Assembly: GCA_012295275.1 (NCBI GenBank)
Contig: CM022675.1
Coordinates: forward strand, 62,001-126,000
DNA length: 64,000 nt
Direction of reading: 5' to 3'
Origin: Chrysomallon squamiferum
Lineage: Eukaryota > Animalia > Mollusca
In this document: positions 63,620 to 64,000 of the stretch, in pieces
Layout: every line of letters starts with the position of its first letter
Numbering within the stretch: the first letter of the stretch is position 1
Notes under the pieces: generated by a model
Seen by the model: the letters and a program-made list of their open reading frames with translations, nothing else
Databases searched by the model: none
Told to the model about the DNA's origin: nothing
Translations under genes and position numbers: made by a program

Positions 63620-64000
63620 TTATAAATTAATTAGTAAAAAAAAGGAAAAACAAAGAAAAAAAGGATGTCGAGTGGTAGGTTTGTACAAATACAAAGTCCT
63701 AGTCTGTCAGATGTTAGTGAATATTTCTAAATACCATTTAACATGTAAAGATATATAAATATTTTTGTTTTAAACTTTCCTTTTTTTAAGTATATTTTTC
63801 TTTTCATTTGTTCAAACACACAAACACACACACACACACACACGCACACACACACACCGTCACACACACACACTATTATATTAACATAATATAACAATAC
63901 ATTCAGACCCATTCAGGTAATGTATCAGTCATCTAAGACAAAAACTGTTTTACATCATACAATACAAGCACACTCAGGGTTAGGGATAGGTTTTCGGCTG

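Overview
AT-rich, microsatellite-dense eukaryotic DNA. An invertebrate, plausibly a mollusc or other lophotrochozoan, is inferred only from composition and protein style. Positions 1 to ~59.4 kb are a head-to-tail (+ strand) tandem array of one 10-exon gene family encoding type I membrane receptors. The architecture is signal peptide / C-type-lectin-like domain (CTLD) 1 with a WSC-like domain nested inside it / degenerate CTLD2 / Thr-rich mucin stalk / TM helix / acidic Tyr-rich cytoplasmic tail. I reconstructed exons by hand from GT-AG sites and intron phases. The copies are: 0 (tail only, 1-594), A (2408-9855, intact), B (orphan exons 4-5), C (divergent, three alternative leader exons, frameshift in exon 3), D (WSC exons deleted in frame, truncated tail), E (39467-46393, intact) and F (no exon 1, frameshift in exon 2, expanded stalk). 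Copies show hypervariable ectodomain patches, mosaic shuffling of tail modules, and rearrangement junctions at microsatellites, which looks like a rapidly diversifying immune or recognition receptor locus. Also present are transposon relics (THAP domain twice, a DDE transposase fragment, several MITE-like elements) and many mini/microsatellites, including a 30-bp array at 61.4-62.7 kb.
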